DNA from: a virus
Lineage: Duplodnaviria > Caudoviricetes
DNA: 64,000 bases
Virus record (IMG/VR): IMGVR_UViG_3300021256_000076
Span: 1 to 64,000 of that record
Strand: one strand, 5' to 3'
The number at the start of each line of letters is the position of its first letter. Position 1 is the first letter of the stretch. The notes below the pieces were generated by a model. That model did no database searches. It saw only the letters and a program-made list of their open reading frames with translations, and was not told the DNA's origin. Both the position numbers and the translations under genes were made by a program. Below are positions 17,447-26,769 of the stretch, piece after piece.

Positions 17447-17447
17447 T

Positions 17448-17630
17448 ATGGAAAAAGAAAAGAATTTTAAATGGATGGTGTACGCTTTGCTGTTTTTGAT
17501 ACTTTATTATGTATCAAAAGAAAATGTGTATATTTGGTTTAGCGGTATTAGTGCCTTTATGTATGGTGTTGGCCTTTGCGCTACTATTATAAAAGATACT
17601 AGTAAATATATAAAAAGAAAAAGGAAATGA
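17448..17630 (+). CDS. Small two-TM membrane protein
   Basis: Hydrophobic segments and basic tail. Confidence 0.6.
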   Translation: MEKEKNFKWMVYALLFLILYYVSKENVYIWFSGISAFMYGVGLCATIIKDTSKYIKRKRK

Positions 17631-18790
17631 ATACAGAAGAAAAAGCCAAACGATATGACGAGGCTCTTGAAAAAGCAAGAATGTGGAAAGAAAAAAGCGG
17701 AATGCCTGCTGACAGACAAGGTATTCTTGATGATATCTTCCCAGAACTTAGAGAGTCAGAGGATGAGAGGATAAGAAATTGGATTATTAGCACTTTAAAG
17801 TCATTAAATAGCACTGCTGTACAGATAGATGGTGCTTATGAAATGATGCTTCCTGCTATTGCTTGGCTTGAAAAGCAAGGTTATGATAAGGTTGAGCAAA
17901 AGTTTAAGATTGGGGATTGGGTAGTGTTTAATAACAAACATCAATCTATTTATCAAGTAGAAAAAATAGAAGATGGGTATTATATTCTTAGACATACGCA
18001 TGGTGGAACATTTAGAGTATGTGTACTACATGACGAAAGTCTAAGACCTTGGACAATCCAAGATGCAAAGGATGGTGATGTGCTTGCAACTGGAGATGAA
18101 ATATTTATACATAATGGAAAGCTTGATTTAATAGGCAGAGTTTGTGCATATTGTGGAATCTACAAAACTTATAATGAATTACGCTTTAACTATGCTGCCA
18201 ATAATTATTTTACATACATAAAGCCTCATCCAGCAACCAAAGAACAGCGTGATACTCTAATGAAAGCAATGGCTGATGCAGGATATACCTTTGACTTTGA
18301 CAAGAAAGAGTTAAAGAAGATAGTTGCTCTTATTTTCAAAATTGGAGATACTATTATCAAAAAGCATAATTCTGATATACACGATTTCGGCTCATTTACA
18401 ATTACTGATATTACAGGTGGAAAGTATTGGTACAACGATAGAATTATCTGCGATATTACAAAGCAGGATGAGTGGGAAATTTATGAACCTGTTAAACAAA
18501 AATCTGCTGAGTGGAGTGAAGAGGATAAAAATCATGTTAAATCAATTCTATCTACAATAGAGTGTTGTAAAGCTCAGTTTCCAAACTCTCAAGCAGTGGT
18601 TGAAGCATATAATGCTGATATCGAATGGCTCAAATCCCTCAGACCTCAGGCCACATGGAAGCCGAGTGATGAGCAGATGGGTGCTCTTCTGGATGCCATT
18701 GTTTATGTTGAAGGTTGCAATTCAAATTTCAAAGGCAGCGGAAGTATATTAGAAAACCTTTACAGCGACTTAAAAAAACTAAAAGGTTAA
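17627..18790 (+). CDS. Modular Bacteroidales phage protein
   Basis: Repeated FKIGD modules; WTIQDAKDGDVL, HPATKEQRD, WSEED and WKPSDEQM segments. Confidence 0.75.
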   Translation: MNTEEKAKRYDEALEKARMWKEKSGMPADRQGILDDIFPELRESEDERIRNWIISTLKSLNSTAVQIDGAYEMMLPAIAWLEKQGYDKVEQKFKIGDWVVFNNKHQSIYQVEKIEDGYYILRHTHGGTFRVCVLHDESLRPWTIQDAKDGDVLATGDEIFIHNGKLDLIGRVCAYCGIYKTYNELRFNYAANNYFTYIKPHPATKEQRDTLMKAMADAGYTFDFDKKELKKIVALIFKIGDTIIKKHNSDIHDFGSFTITDITGGKYWYNDRIICDITKQDEWEIYEPVKQKSAEWSEEDKNHVKSILSTIECCKAQFPNSQAVVEAYNADIEWLKSLRPQATWKPSDEQMGALLDAIVYVEGCNSNFKGSGSILENLYSDLKKLKG

Positions 18791-18997
18791 AGTTATGAAA
18801 GCAAAAAGAGACGAAGGCTATTGTAAAGGATGTGCTAAACTTTATAGGAAATGCGCTGGGTTTTACGCTTAATAATAAAAAAAGAGATATGGAAGACAAA
18901 GAAAGAATTAGATTTTTCTTAGAGTCTTTAAGGGACGTTTTTGCTAAAGCAGCAAAGGAATCGAAGATAATTAGCGAACAACTAAAAGATAAAAGAT

Positions 18998-19531
18998 ATG
19001 AATAAAGCAGAATTGATTAGACATGAGATTGAAAAGAGAAGAGACCACAATTTAGCAATCGGAAATCCTTTGTTTGCGGTAATGGCAGAAGAAGACATAG
19101 AACTTCTGTCCTTCATCGACTGCATGTTTACTAAAGATAACTATACTGATAAAGACAGAATGGTTCTATGTGAAGACTGTAAAGAGAAGTGTGAGTATAG
19201 CAAGAAAGAAGAGCATGTAAGCGAGGATTTAGAAAAGGCAGCAAATGAGTGGAATACAAAAGCATCATTTACTCCGTTTTATATGGCTTTAGATGATAAA
19301 GGTAATCCAAATGGAGTAAGACGAGATTATACTACTCATGCAGAGTCTTTCAAAGCTGGTGCTGAGTGGTTAAAAGCAAAGCTAATGAAAGACGCCATTG
19401 ATGTAACAGTCCATATAGATTCTGGTGGCTACCCATATATTCCACAGTTAGAACTCTATGACTATGACAAGGATATTCCTTTGGCAAAGGAAGGTGATAA
19501 ATATAAGGTGATTCTAATAAAGGATGAATAA
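18998..19531 (+). CDS. Hypothetical protein
   Basis: FKAGAEW motif. Confidence 0.65.
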   Translation: MNKAELIRHEIEKRRDHNLAIGNPLFAVMAEEDIELLSFIDCMFTKDNYTDKDRMVLCEDCKEKCEYSKKEEHVSEDLEKAANEWNTKASFTPFYMALDDKGNPNGVRRDYTTHAESFKAGAEWLKAKLMKDAIDVTVHIDSGGYPYIPQLELYDYDKDIPLAKEGDKYKVILIKDE

Positions 19532-19668
19532 TATGGGAACATCTGAAAAGCAACTATATAAGGAGTACCAAAAGATGCTTAAAGAAATTGGCATAAAACA
19601 GTTCACTGACGAAGAGTATCAAAAAGCAATAAAACAGTTTAAAGAAAAAGACCAAAAGAAATAGAACT

Positions 19669-19959
19669 ATGAGTAAGGCAGAGAAATTTATCAGTGATTG
19701 CACAAGGAATTGTAGTAATGAGTATCTTACCGATAGTAAACCTGATGGATTGGGTGGGTATATAAGCCGTAGGAAATTTACTCCTTGGCTCACTCCAGAA
19801 CAAGCAAGAAGGGCTGTGGAGATAGCAAGAGAAGATGTCTTTGAATATGTAAAATACAAATTAGAACTCAGATTACCTGAAACATTAGATTACAATGGAA
19901 TAAAGGTAAATAGAAAAGATTTTATCAACGATTTTGCAAAAGCAATGGAAGATGAGTGA
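19669..19959 (+). CDS. Hypothetical protein
   Basis: Starts MSKAE, as does 20083. Confidence 0.6.
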   Translation: MSKAEKFISDCTRNCSNEYLTDSKPDGLGGYISRRKFTPWLTPEQARRAVEIAREDVFEYVKYKLELRLPETLDYNGIKVNRKDFINDFAKAMEDE

Positions 19960-20082
19960 GGAGAATTTTTATTCATTTTTGGAGGGCATTAAGGAGTTGG
20001 TAAAGACCAAAAATCCTGATGAAAGAATTGTTGTTGATTTTTATGATCCATATGGTAACAAACTTAATAGTGATGATGAAAT

Positions 20083-20388
20083 ATGAGTAAGGCAGAAGAA
20101 AGAGCTTTAGAAAAATATCCTCTTTTGTCAAACGATGACAAAGAAGGATTAGAGGCTTTGAAATATATTGGAATGGAATGTGAATGTGCCTCTGTGTTTA
20201 ATGAAGTGCAAGAAGCAAAACAAACATATTTTATTGAAGGCTATCATCAAGCAGAGAAAGACTTGGAACTGACTTGGGAGGACATCAAGACAATTGATAC
20301 TCTACTTGCTATGGTGAATGTAGAAGATGATTATATAGGTAAAGATGCCTATCAAGAAGTATTGAAACGCTTTAAAGAAAGGAAATAG
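20083..20388 (+). CDS. Hypothetical protein
   Basis: EGYHQAEKDLELTWEDI motif. Confidence 0.6.
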   Translation: MSKAEERALEKYPLLSNDDKEGLEALKYIGMECECASVFNEVQEAKQTYFIEGYHQAEKDLELTWEDIKTIDTLLAMVNVEDDYIGKDAYQEVLKRFKERK

Positions 20389-20390
20389 AA

Positions 20391-20789
20391 ATGAGAATAA
20401 AAGACATTATGGTTGGGGATTGGGTAATACCACACATTTTTGATTCTACATTAGAACCAAGCAAGATTGTTGGAATACATTATAATTCCTATAAAGGTAA
20501 GGATTATGTGGACTGGGTAGATTGTGAGGTGTGGGATGAACTTAGTATGAATGATATTGAGCCTGTCCCTCTTACCGCAGAGATACTTGAAAAGAATGGG
20601 TTTGAAAAATGGGATGATGGATGGTGTATTTATGACCAAGAAAACACTGGTATTGAGGTTGCTTGGGCTGGAACAATATTAAAAATAGGAGGAGAATGTG
20701 GTAATCTTGAACTATCTGCCGTAATGTATGTCCACGACCTACAGCACGCATTAAGACTTTGTGGGATTGAAGAAGAAATAACTCTTTAA
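20391..20789 (+). CDS. YopX-like phage protein
   Basis: MVGDWV..IEPVPLTAEILEKNGF..YVHDLQHALRL. Confidence 0.65.
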   Translation: MRIKDIMVGDWVIPHIFDSTLEPSKIVGIHYNSYKGKDYVDWVDCEVWDELSMNDIEPVPLTAEILEKNGFEKWDDGWCIYDQENTGIEVAWAGTILKIGGECGNLELSAVMYVHDLQHALRLCGIEEEITL

Positions 20790-20800
20790 CAGATATAATT

Positions 20801-22471
20801 ATGGGAATAACTATTTTAATTATCTTTGCTGTCGCAATAGCAGGAGCAGTAGTGTGGTTCTTCATCAAGAACAAGAAAACCTTTCAAGAGGAAGTGACTA
20901 ACAAGCCATCAGAGCCTGTCTCAGAGCCTTCTGCACCACCTGTGGATGAAGTTCCAAAGGAGGAAGAGAAAGAGCCTGAGAAGCCAAAGGAAGAGGCGAA
21001 GGAAGAAGAGCCTGTGGTTTCAAAACCAAAGCCTGATGACAAACCCAAACCCATTCCATTTGATGATGACAAGCCAAAATATGACGAGGAGTTTGAGTCT
21101 TATATAGGTAAGTATAGTCAATTTACCAAGATAGAGAGGGAATCTTATACATATAAATGGTTCTATGAATTATTCCGTGAGGCAAAATCACAGTTACGGA
21201 TAGACACCTGTCATGGGTTGCCTATCTTGTTAAAGAAAGAGAACTTCCCTACCCTCTATGAATGGGGAGATAGGGGTGATGCTCAAAAAGCACAGGACAC
21301 CATGATTGGTTGGCTGTTCTCATTGCAACTTGCTGAACTGAAGCCCTATTACAGGGCAGACATATTCAAGGTAGGATATGAGATGGGTGAATATGACAGG
21401 TACACAAACATATATGGTTGGAAATTTGGGTATGACCCCAACATCATGCGTATATTGGCAGGTGCTATCTATCCCGCTATGAAAGGCTATTGTAAACCTG
21501 TGACAGAGACCTTGAGAAGAGAGGTGGAAGGCACTCGCTACAATAGTACCTTACAGCAGCTATATGACAACAATAGCCGTGACAATGTTGCACCAAATGC
21601 TTTCTTCACAGATTTCCGTGGGTTCATGCCCACTGCCCCTGCTCCCTATGCTCCATCATATTCAAAGAGAGAAGATAGGACTTATCCAAATGAGGAAAGG
21701 GATGAGTTTGACAATCTCAAGATTGACAGACAGATTCACGAAATGATAGTTGAGGCATACAACCTCAACCAGCCAGAACATTACCAAGAGGTAGTGCAGG
21801 CTATTGCTGATAAGGAGGTAGAAGCAAAGCATTTGTTCGGAAAGAACAGAGAGACCAAGAACTACAAGTTCCACCCAGTCTTTGGAGAGGACACCATTGG
21901 TATGGAATTACCAGATGAAGGGACACTTGCTTCATTTGCCTACCTTGCATTCAGGACAGGAAGCTCTTCAAGAGGCATTATGCAGAGTGCAACAGTCAAT
22001 CCAGTGCAGTATGGAAGGCTGAGAGCTGGGTGTAGTTGGAATCAGGAGGCCAAGAAGAACTCTTCAAGTGATGATAGACGTAATATCCTCACAAACTTTG
22101 AGATTGAGGATGGGGACGGCTCACCTACTGGCTACTATGACAAGAACGGTAACTGGGCTTATATGGATAATATCCACAACCCAGAAGAGTATGAAGAATA
22201 TCAGAAGAATGCCCTCTATGCCAACTCATACCCAAGTGGACATTCAAGTGGTATATTCTGTTCAGCAATGCTTCTCATGGAGCTGTTACCAAACAAGACA
22301 GATAAGATATTGAAAGCTGCTAACCAATATGCAGTCAATCGCACTATTGCAAGATATCACTGGACAAGTGATACCCTCAACGGCAGGGTGTTGGGTAGTG
22401 CAACCAATGCCATCTGCCATGCGGCAGGTGACTATTATGATATGTTGAACAAGATAAAGAAGGAGTTATAG
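20801..22471 (+). CDS. Membrane-anchored PAP2-superfamily (acid) phosphatase
   Basis: N-terminal TM; P/E/K-rich linker; SYPSGH and RTIARYHWTSD PAP2 motifs. Confidence 0.8.
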   Translation: MGITILIIFAVAIAGAVVWFFIKNKKTFQEEVTNKPSEPVSEPSAPPVDEVPKEEEKEPEKPKEEAKEEEPVVSKPKPDDKPKPIPFDDDKPKYDEEFESYIGKYSQFTKIERESYTYKWFYELFREAKSQLRIDTCHGLPILLKKENFPTLYEWGDRGDAQKAQDTMIGWLFSLQLAELKPYYRADIFKVGYEMGEYDRYTNIYGWKFGYDPNIMRILAGAIYPAMKGYCKPVTETLRREVEGTRYNSTLQQLYDNNSRDNVAPNAFFTDFRGFMPTAPAPYAPSYSKREDRTYPNEERDEFDNLKIDRQIHEMIVEAYNLNQPEHYQEVVQAIADKEVEAKHLFGKNRETKNYKFHPVFGEDTIGMELPDEGTLASFAYLAFRTGSSSRGIMQSATVNPVQYGRLRAGCSWNQEAKKNSSSDDRRNILTNFEIEDGDGSPTGYYDKNGNWAYMDNIHNPEEYEEYQKNALYANSYPSGHSSGIFCSAMLLMELLPNKTDKILKAANQYAVNRTIARYHWTSDTLNGRVLGSATNAICHAAGDYYDMLNKIKKEL

Positions 22472-22564
22472 CAATGGAACTATTGAAGATATTTGGTGTG
22501 GTGTTTGTGTTAGTGGTACTTTATTTCATATTTGACCATAATGATCCAGCACCTTCCCATTAGG

Positions 22565-22586
22565 AGACTTGCTAATCACCCCTCCT
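22565..22586 (+). repeat. 22-bp motif, copy 3
   Basis: AGACTTGCTAATCACCCCTCCT. Confidence 0.75.
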
Positions 22587-22763
22587 TAGCACTTGCATCC
22601 CCTTATGAGATATAAGGTGGGAGAAGGGAGAAGGTGGTGGTAATTAATAATTAGACAGACTCATAGAGGAAAACCTATCAATTACTCCTCCTTTGTTCCT
22701 GAATCTATATGAGTAGTATCTAAGGACTGTTCTTATGGATTAGGAATATAAATTCAGAATGGT

Positions 22764-22771
22764 TATCTTTG
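22764..22771 (+). promoter_or_regulatory. Bacteroidetes -7 promoter element heading a non-coding array
   Basis: TATCTTTG. Confidence 0.6.
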
Positions 22772-22868
22772 TAGCGGATATTAATGATGTGTATAAATAA
22801 TGATGTAAATCTTTTTAAATTTCGGATTTTTCATTTCATAATTTATTTGGTATTTGATGATAACCGAC

Positions 22869-23279
22869 ATCTTACCGGTATGTGAATATAGGTAAGATTT
22901 TTAAAGACCTTTATAGATAAGGTATATTGGTGGTTCGAATCCACCTGAAGGTACAATAATGTAATGAGTCGTTTTAAGGGTTTTTAGCCACTCTTTTGGT
23001 TTCTTTGAATTAGTCTATCTTTATTAGAGTATTAATCATTAAGTTGTTATTTATTATTGACGGAGTGGCGGCAGTAGTCTAATCTGAGAAGACTGGACTA
23101 CTTTCTTTTGAAGATGTTTTAATTTAACCATATATTTTAGATACAGCGGTATCTGCTCTCTAGTTATAACAATTGTTTTAAAGGTATTTGTTTGCATAGG
23201 TACATTTTTAACTTTTTAAGTTTTAAGTTCTTAACGTTTTTACCTTCCCTTGTCTGTGAAGATAGGGGAAGGCTTTTTT
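22869..23279 (+). repeat. Three related GNRA-tetraloop hairpins, each followed by a T tract
   Basis: 22869-22898 (GTGA), 23073-23102 (GAGA), 23243-23272 (GTGA). Confidence 0.7.
22907..22953 (+). ncRNA. tRNA minihelix (acceptor stem plus T arm only)
   Basis: ACCTTTA/TGAAGGT stem; GGTGG-TTCGAAT-CCACC T arm; only about 15 nt in place of the D and anticodon arms. Confidence 0.65.
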
Positions 23280-23332
23280 GTGACAGTTCACGCCCTTATG
23301 GGTAATTATTAATAATTAATTCTTTAAACATT

Positions 23333-23653
23333 ATGAGACAATCAAATCAACAGGAGATGAGACAGTGTAAGCGTTGGAACCAGTCAGAAGACCAGATGCT
23401 TTTGCGCTATGTAAAGGCAAGACCTCAGAACTTGCACAAGTGTTTCTTGATGGTGGCAGATCAGACTGGCAGGACTGAGGCAGCTGTAGCAGCCAGATGG
23501 TACACCAAGGTATCCAAGGATCCAGGCAATGTATGCTTCTTCACTGCTTCTCCAAAGCATGTCAGCAAGAACCGTAAGAATGGCATGGGTACAGAGACCA
23601 ATGGCAGTATCTGGAGAAGGCTGATGGCAGTCATCAGGAGTATTGTAGACTAA
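23333..23653 (+). CDS. Myb/SANT-like HTH protein
   Basis: RWNQSEDQMLL..GRTEAAVAARWY. Confidence 0.65.
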   Translation: MRQSNQQEMRQCKRWNQSEDQMLLRYVKARPQNLHKCFLMVADQTGRTEAAVAARWYTKVSKDPGNVCFFTASPKHVSKNRKNGMGTETNGSIWRRLMAVIRSIVD

Positions 23654-23663
23654 TAGTACAATT

Positions 23664-23894
23664 ATGGTTACAGTAGCAGACTTACAGCAGCTGGCAGACA
23701 GCTGGATAGAGAGGTTGGGTAATCCTACCCAACCCTCTTCTTATAAGGATGCCTTGAGGGAGTGTATCTATGAGGTGACCAATCTTATAGATAAATCCGT
23801 CAAGGAAGAGCTTTCCTATCAGGAATTCCTCTCTTCAGAAGCTGACAAGTATTTCTCTAACTTAGAACCTGAGGACTATGCAACAGCTATATGA
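23664..23894 (+). CDS. Hypothetical protein
   Basis: ORF in block. Confidence 0.55.
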   Translation: MVTVADLQQLADSWIERLGNPTQPSSYKDALRECIYEVTNLIDKSVKEELSYQEFLSSEADKYFSNLEPEDYATAI

Positions 23895-24111
23895 TTATGA
23901 TTATATTCCAGAGATATGGTATTCTTAAAATGTAGGATATGAAACCTTGGAAAGCAAGAAAATATGTTGAAGGGAAACCTGTGGCAACCAAGATGTTCCA
24001 TACAGAACAGGAAGCCATAGACTTTGCTGATGAGCAGAATACCAGAACTCTCGGAGGTATTCATGGTGCTTTTATATGGAGAGTACAGAAGACATTTGAT
24101 AAACATAGATT

Positions 24112-25317
24112 ATGACAAGAGACGAAATATTTAAGCAATGTGTTGAGAAGATAGCCAAGACCAACTGCCTTTTGTTGGAGGCCGCAACAGGGTTCGGGAA
24201 AACCTCAATTAGCCTACGACTCACCAATCATCTCCTTGCTTCAAGCAAGTTCAAGGATGCCAAGCAGATTAATATCCTGATTCTTGTGGCTAAGAGGGTT
24301 CATAAGCAGACTTGGAAGGATGAGATTGAAAAGTGGGGAGGTATTCACCATCCTACTGCCAAGACTAATATCTGCATGGAATGCTATGAGTCCTTGAAGA
24401 ACCACACCAAAGAGCATTGGAATATAGTCATATCTGATGAGACACATCACATAGGCTCAGAAGTCAGGCTTGGCTACTTGAAGACAATGAGCTTTGAATA
24501 TTTCATTGGATTGAGTGCCACTATTCCTCAGAAGCTGAAGATGCTGTTTAAGTACAGGTATCACTCTGAAGTAGTGTCATGTGACATCATAGAGGCTATT
24601 GACTCTGATGTATTGCCAGAGCCTACTATCCTGCTGTTCCCTCTCCAGCTTGAGAATACAAGGCAGTCTGAGACCATAGAAATCAATCCTAAGGCTAAGG
24701 GACCTGTCTATCAGGGAGAATACAAGGATTTGTGGAAATTCAAGAAGACAAGGGCTCATGCTATCTTGAAGTGTACCCAGAAGCAGAAGATCATAGAAGT
24801 GGACAAGCTGATTGACTGGTATAAGAAGAAGACTATGTCGGGTAATACAGCTATGAAGCAGACATGGCTCTATTTCTGTGGTAAGAGACTTGAATATTTT
24901 GCAGACTACAAGCTTCAGTGGGTCAAGATGATACTGCATCACCTTGACAAGGAAAGAACTATCACTTTCTGTAAGACCATTCCTCAGACTGAAGAGCTTG
25001 GCAAGAACTGCATCCACTCTAAGAACAAGGATGCTGAAAAGGTCTATAATGACTTCAATGAAGGAAAGATCGACCATATCACAGCAGTCAATATCCTCAA
25101 TGAGAATGCTAATCTTGTAAACTGCAAGTATGCTATCTTTGCTAATCTTTCTTCTTCAGAGGTGGTGCAGGTCCAACGGACTGGCAGGGCTCTTCGTCAC
25201 AAGAAGCCAGTTATCATCATACCTTATTACAAAGGTACAAGGGAAGATGAGATTGTTGAGAAGCAACTTGAAGGATTCAAAGAGGTAAGAACAATTCATT
25301 CAATTAGTGAGATATGA
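24112..25317 (+). CDS. SF2 helicase (DExH)
   Basis: ATGFGKT, DETHH, LSAT, QRTGRALR. Confidence 0.9.
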   Translation: MTRDEIFKQCVEKIAKTNCLLLEAATGFGKTSISLRLTNHLLASSKFKDAKQINILILVAKRVHKQTWKDEIEKWGGIHHPTAKTNICMECYESLKNHTKEHWNIVISDETHHIGSEVRLGYLKTMSFEYFIGLSATIPQKLKMLFKYRYHSEVVSCDIIEAIDSDVLPEPTILLFPLQLENTRQSETIEINPKAKGPVYQGEYKDLWKFKKTRAHAILKCTQKQKIIEVDKLIDWYKKKTMSGNTAMKQTWLYFCGKRLEYFADYKLQWVKMILHHLDKERTITFCKTIPQTEELGKNCIHSKNKDAEKVYNDFNEGKIDHITAVNILNENANLVNCKYAIFANLSSSEVVQVQRTGRALRHKKPVIIIPYYKGTREDEIVEKQLEGFKEVRTIHSISEI

Positions 25318-25622
25318 GTAAAATGTTATTAAGAGATTTGATTGACAAGTACTATACTGAGCTTAATGATATAGTGAATGACTTGGCTCAGAAGTGTACT
25401 GGTGGTGAGGAAGTAAGTGTAATGTTCCCTAATGGGAGAGTAACAATTAAATTAAAGTAATATGACACAACAGGCAATTAACTCGCTTGAGCTTTACAAA
25501 GGTAATGACCCAAGTGTTATTGAAAGAGCACTTCTGATTCAGAAGAGTTCTGTAGTGAATGAGCTGAAAGAGCACTTCGGTGCTAAAAGTAATCATGAAC
25601 TGGCTATTAGACTTGCAATGGG

Positions 25623-26267
25623 ATGAAAGTGACTATTGATGAAAAGGTATGTACCAAGCAGAAGATGACTCCTCAGGAGGTAATGATTTCCCTTGCTGTC
25701 AGGTCTCTCAAGAAGAATGAGACACTTGACAAGATATTGGAGAACATGCTGAAAAGGGAGATTCTGGTCAAGGAAGGAGACAGGTATCTCATTACACAGC
25801 ATTGGAATGATGTAGTGGATGAGGTACTTGCTGATTCCTCTGGCAGTTGCAAGAAGACTCCTGACGAGTTGATGAATCTTGCTGTCAGGATTCAGGAATG
25901 CTTTCCAAAGATGGCTCAGCCTGATAGGTTCGGCAGGCCTACAAAGTATTTCTTCCGATGCAACAAGAGGGAGATTATGCTTTCTTTGAAGAGATTTTAT
26001 GAGGCTTATGGTGAGGTCATTGAGGATGTCACAGATGATGACATCATTGATGCAACCAGACGCTATGTAGCTGAAGGAGCCAAAGAAGGCTATAGAGGTA
26101 TGAGGCTCTCCAAGTACTTCATCTTCAAGAATGAACAGAAGAAGGATGAAGATGGTACAGGCCATATAGAGCAGGTATCTGACCTTATGACCTATCTTGA
26201 GAACAAAGAGAGTGAGGAAGAGGTAGAGACTAATTCTGATGATTGGCTAATGAATTCAAGAAATTAA
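25623..26267 (+). CDS. Replication-associated protein upstream of the helicase (initiator/loader candidate)
   Basis: Position; wHTH-like N-terminus; acidic tail. Confidence 0.55.
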   Translation: MKVTIDEKVCTKQKMTPQEVMISLAVRSLKKNETLDKILENMLKREILVKEGDRYLITQHWNDVVDEVLADSSGSCKKTPDELMNLAVRIQECFPKMAQPDRFGRPTKYFFRCNKREIMLSLKRFYEAYGEVIEDVTDDDIIDATRRYVAEGAKEGYRGMRLSKYFIFKNEQKKDEDGTGHIEQVSDLMTYLENKESEEEVETNSDDWLMNSRN

Positions 26268-26268
26268 T

Positions 26269-26769
26269 ATGATTAAAGTTAGTTTTAAAGGCGACTTCAT
26301 GAAGGTAAAGACCTTCAATGACAAATGTGTCATAGTAACAATGGTAGGCAGGGTGACTATGTCAATAGATCTTTGGCAAATGTTTCCCAATAAAGTGGCA
26401 AACTGGATATGGAGTCATCCTAGTATAGATGCCTCATGGGGAGACTGTACCAAGCAGTATGAGGAGTTCAGGCTGGAGTTCTCTGGTAAGGCTGTATGTC
26501 ATGATGAAGATTCCTTTGACGAGGAGACTGGAAAGAGAATAGCAGAGTCAAGGGCTAAGATTAAGCTTTATAAGTTTATACATACTCTATTATACAAACT
26601 CTATATTTCTTATTTTGGTGTTACCTTTGGCGACAGATATGCAATATGCAATATTGAAAAGACAGCAGATTATAATAAGCCAGGGGGAATATTTGAAGAG
26701 ATGGGTAAGTATAAGAGCCTTCTTGACAAAGAGACCCTTCATCTTGAAAAGCTATTGAAGGAGACATAA
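26269..26769 (+). CDS. Hypothetical phage protein
   Basis: GKAVCHDEDSFDEETGKRIAESRA motif. Confidence 0.65.
   Translation: MIKVSFKGDFMKVKTFNDKCVIVTMVGRVTMSIDLWQMFPNKVANWIWSHPSIDASWGDCTKQYEEFRLEFSGKAVCHDEDSFDEETGKRIAESRAKIKLYKFIHTLLYKLYISYFGVTFGDRYAICNIEKTADYNKPGGIFEEMGKYKSLLDKETLHLEKLLKET

Noticed and set aside
22480-23330. CRISPR array
   Set aside because: Hairpins are not identical repeats, spacing is irregular and long, and no cas genes are present
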